A DNA stretch of 64,000 bases, from assembly GCA_963693365.1 (NCBI GenBank), contig CAVNZM010000014.1, positions 6,014,001-6,078,000 of the forward strand. Direction: 5' to 3'. The stretch comes from Amoebidium appalachense. Lineage: Eukaryota; Protista; Ichthyosporea. Shown here one piece after another: positions 47,196 through 64,000 of this stretch (the stretch's first letter is position 1; the number at the start of each line of letters is the position of its first letter). The translations under genes and the position numbers were made by a program. The notes beneath the pieces are model-generated. The model searched no databases. It worked only from the letters and a program-made list of their open reading frames with translations, and had not been told where the DNA came from.

Positions 47196-48464
47196 AGTAA
47201 AGTCCATAAATTGGAGCACCGCGAAAGTTCCGTCGATTTCCGTAGGTACCAAGTTTGGACAAGAGTCTCAGTAGAGTTACCGCTCGTATTAGTACTGTTA
47301 ACTCGCAATCACCCGATCATACTTTCTACTCGCCTCTGGTAATTACTCCAATCAGACTCTTGATTCGAATCAGATAGTTCACCCAATCAGACTTTCGACG
47401 CGTCTCTGGGTCTGGACTTTCCAACTTGGGACCTTCATTTTTGGAAAATAGGCTTCTCACCCTATTCCATCTTTTCTATTTCCTACTATTAAATGATTTA
47501 ATTCAACTCCTATAGCACTATTAACATAGCACGAGATTTCTTACTAAAGACAAGCTAAATCGACAGAATTGGCACGGTTCTGTGGCTAAGCGTTGTTTGA
47601 TGATACACAAGAAGGTAAGGGTGTGTAATTCAAATTATAGACATGATAAATCTACAGAGTTGGCAAAGTTCTATGGTTTAGCATTGTCTAATCTTTGACT
47701 TTTTATGAAAAATCTCAACTAAAGATGATAGATTAAAGATACATAACTTTAAGTCTAAAAGGAAGTGGCAAATTCATAATAAACTCTGGGGTATACGTTA
47801 TTTAATAAACATCTTTAGGAATGAAAACCTTTATTAAGTTCATAAATTGGAGCCCAGCGAAAGTTCCGTAGATTTCCGTAAGTACCCAAATTATAATTTA
47901 CTAAAATCCCAAGAGTGGCAAGATCTTAGAGTTTTAATAATTTACTCTTAATTGCATGAAATAAATCTAAACTAAAGATGATACATTAAAGATACATAAC
48001 TTTAAGTCTAAAAGGAAGTGGCAAGGTTCCTAGTAAACTATTAGCTAAATCTGCTTTAATAAACAGCTTTATTGATAAAGGTTTTTATAAAATCCATAAA
48101 TTCCCAAATCTTGATCTGCTAAAATTCCAAAATTGACGATTTTCTGGAATTTGATATTTTCTGGAATTTGACGATTTTCCAAAATTTGACAATTTTCCAA
48201 AATTGACGCTTTTTTGGATTTTGACATCTTCTGTATTTAGGATTTTTATTTTCATCTTATATCCTGACGGAAGTTTGGAATAAAAGTAGAGCACTCCCTA
48301 TCTAGCCATCATACAGGGTCTCTACTCCCTAGAATAAGAATAGAGAGGAGGGGGCTGTGTGAAGAAGGTGTCTAACATCCGATTGAATACACTAAGAAAG
48401 TCTAAGCTAAAATGCAGGTGCAAAATCCTGCAGTGGCCCAGTTATTCTTGTTCTTTTCGTTTCT

Positions 48465-48534
<70 letters not shown>

Positions 48535-49080
48535 GAGAGAGAGAGAGAGAGAGGGGAGGAGTGGGGGGAGGTGAGGGGTGGGCGGGTGGGTGGGTGGGTG
48601 GTGGTGGGGGGGGGGGGGGGGGGGGGGGGGTGGGTTAACGGAGTTGCAATAAAGACCCGACGATGCTCCAGCTCATAAACTAAATTTCTAAAATCATAAT
48701 TTCTCTGTGGTGAGTGCAGCCACGTCATTTTACAATGGTTCTCTTATACCATGCATTTGTTGCCAATAGACCAGCCAAACACGGTCAGCCCAATGTAAAA
48801 TCTAATATATGCACTACATAGACACGGTTTTTGAGTAGCCGGCGCCATCTCGAGAACACTTTTTTTGGGTTCGTGTTTTCATCTCAGACGAGTTTTGTTG
48901 TTGTCCTTTTGTAAAGCTTATCCCGGATTTCATACCCCCCACCCCCCACCCCTTCCCCCCCCCCCCCCCCCTCCCCGACCCCCTGCAATTTGCGCAGCTA
49001 AGTGAATCCCCCCCCCCCCCCCCCCCCTCCCCCCCCCACACACACACACCACCAGCACCACCACCCCCCCCTCCAGACCG

Positions 49081-49114
<34 letters not shown>

Positions 49115-49118
49115 CACA

Positions 49119-49191
<73 letters not shown>

Positions 49192-49678
49192 CCGTTTCTA
49201 GGTTGGTTCACGTTTTCCCTTCATTTTCTTTCTCTTTTTCCTTCTTTCTTGTGCTTGGATAGCCAAGACTATCTGGGATTAACCTTGGCTGTTGGGCAAC
49301 TGTTGTAACATTAGTGCAATTTTTTTTTTTATTCCAGTATTTTAATCTTGGCTCATATTGATCAGACCAGCCAATCAAATTGTCAACATAACAATACTTA
49401 TAGGAACCTTACTATAATAATTATTCTTCGAAATACATTGATCAAATGAACTAGAGGATAATCATTTAATTTTATAGAGGGATATATATTGATCGAGTGA
49501 GTATGGTAATGGCATTTTGTTAATAGTCTAATAACGAGATATATGAATAACAGGATACACTAACCGGAAAATTCATCGGTGGGACCAGATCCCTTTCTAA
49601 TTTAACACCTGCTATGAATAGCAGCTTAATCAAGTGCATGTATACATACACAAACAACATTTTCAAAGCTGCGAAATT

Positions 49679-55934
<6,256 letters not shown>

Positions 55935-56525
55935 TTTTTCGATTTTGTAAATGTAAGGAATAGATTAGTCGCTTTTTGAATGTTTAGTTTTGTTGTGTGG
56001 ACTGACAGACGCGAAGGAGGTGTCTGGACAGTAATAACAAGCCGACGCCCGGATGATTAAGACAAACCAAGGCCAAGTGGCCAAAATATTTGTTCAATTC
56101 AACCAAATGCAAACAAAGCTATATATGGGTTTAGTTGCAGGTGTTTCATTGGATGACAGTTCTTGATCATGAGCGGCAATCGATTGGGTGACCAATAAGT
56201 ACATTGCCAGGGCTCGGTCGCAAGGCACATGGGCTCCGTCATAAATCTATCATTCGTTCTTTTCCCCATACTCAGGTTTGTCAACAGAAGCATAATAATT
56301 TGGCACAAATGACATAAATTATATATTATCAAGCAAAAAGACATCATCATAAAGATTTGTATGCATGAAACAGCAGCAGCATTGCGATGTCACATCAATT
56401 GTGTAGATTTTTGCACCCCGTCAACAACCAACGTGATTGGATCAATAAATCTAATCGTTACGCAAACGGTTTGGAATCTCATCAAAATGTTGGCGATGTG
56501 TCACCACACGTGCGCACGTGCACCA

Positions 56526-56617
<92 letters not shown>

Positions 56618-57621
56618 GTGTGTGTGTTGTGTGTGTGCGCGCGTGCCCCATGCATGGTACCAGATCATCCAGCACGTGTGCGTGTAAGCATCGTGTTGTT
56701 GGACGAATATTCAATAAGCAATGTACTGGCTGCATAGATGTGCGTGTGTGCAGGCCCGGGCTAAGATAATTGCATTGCTGTGCATGCATGTATGTGTGCG
56801 CACGCGCGTGTATGGCCCACGGTGCCGAGGTGTTCATACGGTGTGTGAAAATAGTCACCTTGAATGTGCCTACGAGTGGCCTCTGCCTGTTTCTGTACTC
56901 TCAGTCCGCCCACACACTTGTGCGTGTTAGATATATGCCAGAAAATGTTCAAAACTTGTACACGTGTGTGCACGTGTGTGCCTGCAATACGCTTATGTAC
57001 ATGTGCGTTCAAAATTAACGATGTGTGCATGGTATAGCACTGTGTATGCGTTACAGAAAGGAGGGGCAAAAGGGGCGTTATTCGGCCGCGGGGGGAAGGG
57101 AGGGGGGGGGGGGGGGGGGGGGGAGGGGGCACGGGGAGGGTGAGCTCGAGGAGAATTTAGAGGAAGAAATGATGAACTGTACGTGCAATGCTATGCATGG
57201 TGTGCTTTGTCTGCGCGCACGTATATGTAAGCAAGGAGTGTGTTCGACGACGTGAGTGTAGGAGTGTGTGTGTGTGTGAGAGTGTTTGCCTGTGTGAGTT
57301 GTGTGTGTGTGTAAGTCTGCACTCCACACTATGAGCATACATTGTACATGTGTATACGTGAATGAATGCATGTGCAATCTATTGTGTTATAGTAATTGTG
57401 TCTTTCACTTGCCAGGAAGTATAATAAGTCATGCGGTACACACGACACTTTGGATGTGTTCACGCGTGCACATTTGCCAGTAATGAAGTTGTTGCCTGTA
57501 CATGTGCAGGGGTGCATGGCAGGTTTGTGCACCTGGTGTGTGTATGTTTGTGTGTGACGGTTTGTGTGTGCCACGGTGTGGTGGTGGTGGTGGTGGTGGT
57601 GGTGGTGTTTGGGTTGTGTGA

Positions 57622-57722
<101 letters not shown>

Positions 57723-58205
57723 CGCGCCCGCGCGCTTGGGGGAGGGAGGAGCCGGAAAGGGGGGGGGGACCCCACATGCTCAAATACTGGTGGGTCCCCT
57801 CCCCCCCCTTTCCGCCCCCTTCACCCCCCCCCCCCCCCCCCCCTTCCCCCCCCCCTCCCCCTCCCCCTGCTAGCCGGGTGACCCAAGGAGGGCGGGGTTC
57901 CCACCTCTAATGAGTCCAGGCCCACTAGTCTCAGGCGGATATGCATACACCTGGCTATAATATTGTCGGTACCGAGCCTGATAGTAGACACTATGTTGAA
58001 TAGTGGAAAGAGAGCGTGTCATTACCATTCAAAGTTTATACCATTATGTTAAAAATTTCCAAGTTGATGACCAATAGACAGAGTATGACCAATATTCCTA
58101 CTTTTTTTTTATTAGTTTTATCTATTTATTGATTAGTTGTACAGTAATTATTCTGGGTGGGTCCCGGGCCCTCCCTGGTTAACAATTGGTGGTGGTCCCT
58201 CCAAA

Positions 58206-58236
<31 letters not shown>

Positions 58237-58530
58237 TATTAAACAAAACATTTTACTATATATTCGGTAACCATCCTCCACGTTTCAAAACAAAATACGC
58301 TTATCATAGACACAAGTGGTTAATCTTGTCTGTGTGCCACAGTTTGCACTAGTCAGTCTGGGAGAGTAGATCTAGTTTGCTATTACAGAGAGTGAGAGGT
58401 CTAAGAGACGGTAACGGGGGTTTGGATGAGCCTCGGTGTGACAGGCACGTCAACACATTCATTGTGAGCGTATGCACAATTCTTGTGCATCCGGATCTGT
58501 GCATGTTTGCGCGGATCTGTGGCGTGACAC

Positions 58531-58635
<105 letters not shown>

Positions 58636-58985
58636 GGTGGGTCACCTTGTGTGTGTGTGTGTGGCAGGAGGGGGGGAAGGGGAGGGTTGAACGTTTGCGC
58701 GCACGCGCGCGCGTGTGTGTGTGTGTGTGTATGTTTGTGTGTGTGTGTTTGTGTCTGTGTGCGTGTGTGCATGTGGCCGTGAGTGTGAGTGTGTGTGTGT
58801 GTGTGTGTGGTGTGTGTGAGTGTATTTGTGTGTGAGTGTACGCGTGTGCGTACATGTGCGTGTGTGTGTGCATGCGTGTGTGCGCGCATTGATGCACACA
58901 TGTGCGTGTGTGCGTGTGCGTGTGCGTGCGTGTGCGTGTGTGTGCGCATGTGTGCATGTGTGTGTACGTGTGTGTGTGCGTGTGT

Positions 58986-59274
58986 AAGGGATTTAACCGA
59001 AAAAATTGACCTAAAGTTTTTTAAAAGTTTTTTCATGTTTTTTCGTGATCGCGTGAGCAGATCAAACTGTTTTGCTGGTATCTCAGTGTACGTGTGCAGG
59101 GGGTATAACAACACACTAACTGTGAAAACTTGGTGCATTTTGCTTGAACGGTTCCCAAGTTATTACATTTTAATTTTTTGAAACGTGCATAACGTTATGC
59201 TCAAACCTGCATACCGTTATACAATTTTACTTAGTAAATGCAAATTTGCCTCAAAAAATTCGTTAAAGTGCCTT
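58986..59274. mobile_element. Possible degenerate MITE inserted in a (GT)n tract
   Basis: AT-rich ~290-bp island with imperfect inverted ends AAGGGATTTAACCGAA / TTCGTTAAAGTGCCTT. Confidence 0.35.
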
Positions 59275-59282
59275 GTGTTTGT

Positions 59283-59323
<41 letters not shown>

Positions 59324-61059
59324 TGTGTGTTTGTTTGTGTGTGTGTGTGTGTGTGCGTGCGTGTGTGTGTGTGTGCGTGACTGTGTGTATGTGTGTGACA
59401 TGTGTAGTACTGTGTGGAGGCCCCGGGGACCCGGGAGTTGGGGTTGAGAAGGTGGGGGCGCCGGGAATAGGTACATAGGTATTTTTCTAATTAGTAAAGT
59501 CCGACAGGCTCATGACAGGACCAATTGAAGCGGCTTGCATCCATATATCCTTCCTCTAATTTAACACCTGTTCCTGCGTTCATGTTCACTTGAGGCGAGG
59601 TGGCACCCATCCAGGCACTGGTCGCGGTGCTACTTTTGCTGTTTTGAGGTCACGTGTGCGCTAAGCTTGTTTTACTGTGCCGGACTCCCCCGGGTGGAGT
59701 CATCTCCGAGCTCGAGCTCGAGGCGACTGCATGCCTCTTTAGGGTAGAATTGTTCTTATGATCAATACATAACGGTGGGTGGACCGACTGCCACTACTGT
59801 CTCGACTGTTGGCATACACGTACAGATCTACTTACTGTGCGTAGTAGGAGCCGGTGGTACGGGTTGTGAAAAAAGTTGTCCCCCGCCGCAGGGTTATGTA
59901 CCCACTAATTCTTTCTTCAAAAAGTGGCCCTGGCAGAAACAATACATTCCACCAAATTTATACAACGAAAGCATCCTTCATACCGTGGTTTTATTACAGT
60001 ACAATAGGGCCATTTAGACTCGAGAAAGCTACCAAAATGACCCAAACACACATTCAAACCCTGTTGGCCAAAAATACCGTACATGCCTTTCGTGAACCTG
60101 AGCAGTAATTGGCCGAGATCAAGCGGATCTGAGAATCCCCTAACACTTCCTGCTATCAGGGGTTTTATTGATTCAAATTTTTACCCATTGAGGTAAAGGC
60201 TGTCTTGAACAAGAATATCTATATATATATATACACAAGCGAAAGGCAAAATAAAGACTACTGACAACTTAAAGTAGATTATATTTTGTCTTAAATGCAC
60301 TTGAGTTAATCTCGCTCCCGGAAACAAACCGCTACATGTGCCAAGAAATATACTCAAGCTTGAGCCCTTTGAAAACGTGTGGTAATCGCATATTCTAGGA
60401 ATTCTGTTCATTACCAAGTTGATCATATGTATTATTTTTATGCACCATTCAAGTACCAAAATATCTCAGTTGAAGTGTTTCTCTTGTTTCCTAAATATGT
60501 ACTGAATAACTACACCTCCTTCAGTTGAAATTGAGAACTTGAGAAAAATCCAATAAACAAAAAACTGCATTTCCAGGAGTCTCTGGGGATTGGAACGGAT
60601 CGATACCCACCAATAAAAATACTCCAGCTAAATTCCGGCATTCCAATGAATAATGGGCGGGAAGCACGGCCATCTACTAGATGGCCGTGGCGGGAAGCCA
60701 CAGTGTACACGCAAGCGTAGAAACTTCTATTCATGTCGTTTTATTATTATGTGATATCAGGAAGAGTGCCTTCACTGAGTGTTTGTTTTGTTGCTATGAC
60801 AGAAGGGGCTTATTTTTTTCCCACTTATGACAGTTTGTTTAGATTCTTATACATAGAGACATAGTTGTATGCCAAACACACACTCTGACATGATAACATG
60901 ATAATTGTTCACATGCATATTCACTGAGTAATACCCATATCACTAGTTGGTAGCAAATAATTAGGTAGCATGCTGGATGGACCGAGTCTGATGTTGGGTT
61001 GAACAAAGCATATCATGCACGATCTCTCTATACGAACGATGGTCTAAGTCCCACTCGGT

Positions 61060-61869
61060 CATTCCAAAAGCTATAATGGAGTCAGCGTCACAGTGTACTT
61101 TTACCACAATTGCAAGACCCACTTGCTCATCCCAGAGCATGGAGCTCCCCCCATCCTCAAAAGGGGGAAATCCCTCAACATCACTACACTTCCCACTAGT
61201 AAAAGAAGATAGCAGACCAGTTGGGTGTCGGACAATCGTCTCATCACTGTGACTACGTTCAATCTCCCATCATCAACCGCACCCAAAACTGAAGATCAAA
61301 TCGACCGGAGCTACATTTGACTCACCCTTCTTGCCTTTGTATGCAGTTTGATGTTCCTTGCTATAGTCGAAGGGGTCACATTCTACCGAGTTATGCAGCC
61401 TCTCAAAAATAAGAGGAAGCTGACAACACCACTCACCATCATGTCTGCGCAGATTCAAAAATCCATGACGATGTATGCGCAATCACTCGCTACGGCGACG
61501 AGCACAGAGGCACGACAACTTGCATATACGAAAATGCAAACGAACATTTCGGAAACCATACAAAACTATGGCGAGATGAAAACGAATGCCACAAAGATTA
61601 TGTGGTATGAAATAGCTGCCAGTAGTGTGCATATTTTCATCTTCTTGACCGTTTCTATTCTCACATATATATACGAGGTTTACGCTGTTTACTCGAGGCA
61701 AAGAGAACCAGTCTCAGGTATGGGGGGGGGGGTTTTGCTCGGAATATCCCCTCAGCGGTATATCATGATCACGTACATAGATGTCGGGTGGTGACTATAT
61801 ATCAGGGTTTACTTTCTCTACGAGACACCATAAAGACTACAAGGAGAAATCAATTAGTTGGGGTTCCCC

Positions 61870-61909
<40 letters not shown>

Positions 61910-61941
61910 GGGCTCCCCTCGGGACACTCGGTATCAGCTGG

Positions 61942-61996
<55 letters not shown>

Positions 61997-62641
61997 GTGT
62001 GTGTGTGTGCGCGTGCGCTATAATTTTGTAGTGATGTGTTTCTCAAGCCAATCAATACATCTAATAAACAGGTCGTAGTTACGCGTGTTTAGCGAAACCT
62101 TCGTGTAGTGAAGTCACGAAGCTTGCCATTCCTCATTCATCTGTTGGCATCAACAGCCGAGCTTCAGATCATCGCTGTGATAATTGCATATGTGTCTACT
62201 TTACACACGCCACCCAACCCACCCGCAATGACCAACGGTAATGTCGATTTTAAGTGGCTTGCAGTTCTGAAAGGACAAGGAGAGGTAACGGAAGACTATT
62301 ACGTCGCTACCATTTCCTTCATGTCTTACGGCATTGGTCTTTTCACCAACCCGATCCTTCAACGGCAAAGGATAATACACCTCATCTATGCGAGTTCGTA
62401 TGCTCTACAGAAGAATCACGGGTGCCAGTATTACGCTCCGCTCCCGTTATTTTTGATAATGGGGACTGCTGCATCTCTTCCTGTTTGGATCCTGTCACCT
62501 ACTGAGGTGACTCGTATTTTTCCTTACACACACAGCGAACACTGGACTCTCGGGACCGTAGAGCCGCCGCGAGAGAAAGCATGCACGCGGTCGCGAGAGT
62601 GTAAGGAAAAATCGAGCGTGAGGCGAACAGCAAGTTCATAG
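61060..62641 (+). pseudogene. Decayed multi-pass membrane protein, class C GPCR-like TM region, interrupted by a LINE fragment
   Basis: Joining across the insert gives HIFIFLTVSILTYIY-RNLRVVKSRSLPFLIHLL (TM1-ICL1-TM2-like), then YGIGLFTNPILQRQRIIHLIY and LPVWILSP (TM3/TM4-like). In-frame stops upstream at about 61210 and 61318; no TM5-7 recognised. Confidence 0.5.
61677..62092 (-). mobile_element. Short 5'-truncated LINE copy (end of ORF2 plus complete 3' UTR)
   Basis: Near-identical reverse complement of 20970-21378; no clear TSD. Confidence 0.92.
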
Positions 62642-63241
62642 CAGCCCAGGCACCGTCAGTACGTGCCAGGTTTGGATCGATCAATACATTCGACATTCGA
62701 GTAGCCAAGTTTGGACAAACAGATACTACTTATCAGCTGCATGGGCCACCGTTGTAACATACATTGTGTTGTGGCTTTATTACGATCTCAGAACGAAGCA
62801 TGTGCATGTCATGTTTAGCGATTATCAATCAAACACTCGCTCTTTCATACTACAGGTTTTAATGTTTTCAAGCTATTTGTTATTCAATGCGAGTTTATTG
62901 TTAAAGGAGGGCCTGGGTTCCGCATTTGTATTTCTCGCGATCACTGTGTGCAGAACTCCATGCACGTCGTATGTTTTGGACCATTTTTGGTGTCAGGTTA
63001 TACAAGCACATTTAGACCATCGAACAGGGGCTACCGTCACTTTCCACCCTTCTTATCCATCCTAATGTAATCTTGAAGATAGATTCATTGTTCTTCTTGT
63101 AGAATATAAATTAGTTAAGCCTTTTCTAATCATTACCTTCGTATTATGTATACTAATGTGGTTTTATAGTTATAAATCATAGTTCATGAATTGGTTATAC
63201 CACTGCCAAGTTGAAATGTGTTTCTCCTTTTAACCCTTTCT

Positions 63242-63282
<41 letters not shown>

Positions 63283-63446
63283 AATAAAAAAATACCCGAC
63301 ATATATGTAAATCTTAGGCCAGATGTTTTCTTAATATTGGAATTCACGAAGAATCTTCTAAAGTACAAGTAAAGCTGTATGAACATACATAAGTCAAGAC
63401 CTCTTATATCATTTTTATTTAAAACAAGTTACACTGCACGAGAGCG

Positions 63447-63477
<31 letters not shown>

Positions 63478-63539
63478 ACCACCACCACCACCAGGGCCCA
63501 AGTTGGCCGTCCCACCACATCGGTTAAACAACTTGCTCC

Positions 63540-63775
63540 GAGAAAGCGGAATTATTCCGCAAAAAGCAGAATTGTGCTGCTAAAGGCAGAATTATTCAGC
63601 AAAAGTAGAATTATTCAGCTAAACACAGAAATATTCTAAAAGCAGAACTATTCTGCTGCCGAAAAAAGCAGAATAGTTCTGCGTTTTCGGCAGCAGAATA
63701 ATTCTGCGTTTTGCGGTATAATTTGCTAAAAGAAGAAAATATCTGCTACAAGCAGAATAATTCTGGGCTTTGCAA
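63540..63775. repeat. Array of short quasi-palindromic units (AAAAGCAGAATTATTC / GAATAATTCTGC) that flips orientation near 63675
   Basis: About a dozen degenerate units visible. Confidence 0.7.
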
Positions 63776-64000
63776 GTCGAATCTGCCGATGTGGTTGGGC
63801 CCTCCCTCCCCTCCCTCTGGAGGATGAGCTCTGCTTCATATGCATACTCTTTGTGTGTTTTGCGCTCTGCAGTGTGTTGTCCATTCCGAATGTGCACTTT
63901 CTGCTCGATGCATGCACAAACTCTAACGTCCCCCCCCCCCCTCCCCACACACACACACACATGTACACACACCCTCCCTCCCCTGCCTATATATCGGTCC

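Larger units (their letters stand above)
36958..48374. other. AT-rich insert with inverted termini; putative complete linear mitochondrial chromosome in nuclear DNA (NUMT), 7516 bp without the nested transposon
   Basis: TAGACACCTT at 36958-36967 and AAGGTGTCTA at 48365-48374. Inverted similarity continues for about 200-280 bp (CTCTACTTTTAT, CTTCCGTCAGGATATAAGATGAAAAT, AATCCTAAATACAGAA, AAAATCGTCAATTTTGGAA, TTTAGCAGAT). Abrupt loss of nuclear-style microsatellites; nad2-like frame. Confidence 0.7.

Noticed and set aside
36958-48374. Polinton/adintovirus, endogenous giant virus or autonomous TIR transposon
   Set aside because: No polymerase, capsid, integrase or transposase ORF outside the nested YR element, and no TSD. 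A non-autonomous element is not fully excluded.

Overview
Eukaryotic nuclear DNA with GT-AG introns, very abundant (CA)n/(GA)n microsatellites and long poly-C/G runs. Most of the supplied ORF track is repeat noise, and several one-base frameshifts sit in homopolymers and are probably long-read errors. Host genes that can be modelled by hand: an acidic low-complexity gene (-, ATG 2642); a divergently transcribed 8-9-exon Lys/Glu-rich gene (3213-12874) with an intronic tRNA-Ser(UGA) and a Tc1/mariner-type MITE; an 8-exon secreted protein with poly-Pro, Cys-rich repeats and eight SdrD-B-like domains (28237-35519); a complete 6-exon GH79 beta-glucuronidase/heparanase-like gene (49679-55934, -); and a decayed class C GPCR-like gene (about 61.0-62.6 kb). 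Mobile DNA includes a near full-length APE-RT LINE with three 5'-truncated copies and an unusual 3' end, and a short retroposon with a 13-bp TSD. The most striking feature is an AT-rich block at 36958-48374. It is bounded by imperfect inverted termini, carries a nad2-like frame readable only with UGA=Trp, and is packed with tandem repeats. It resembles a whole linear mitochondrial mini-chromosome of the Amoebidium (ichthyosporean) type inserted in the nucleus. A young, RT-deleted Ngaro/PAT-type tyrosine-recombinase retrotransposon has jumped into it. The taxonomic and mitochondrial assignments are inferences; no database search was run.
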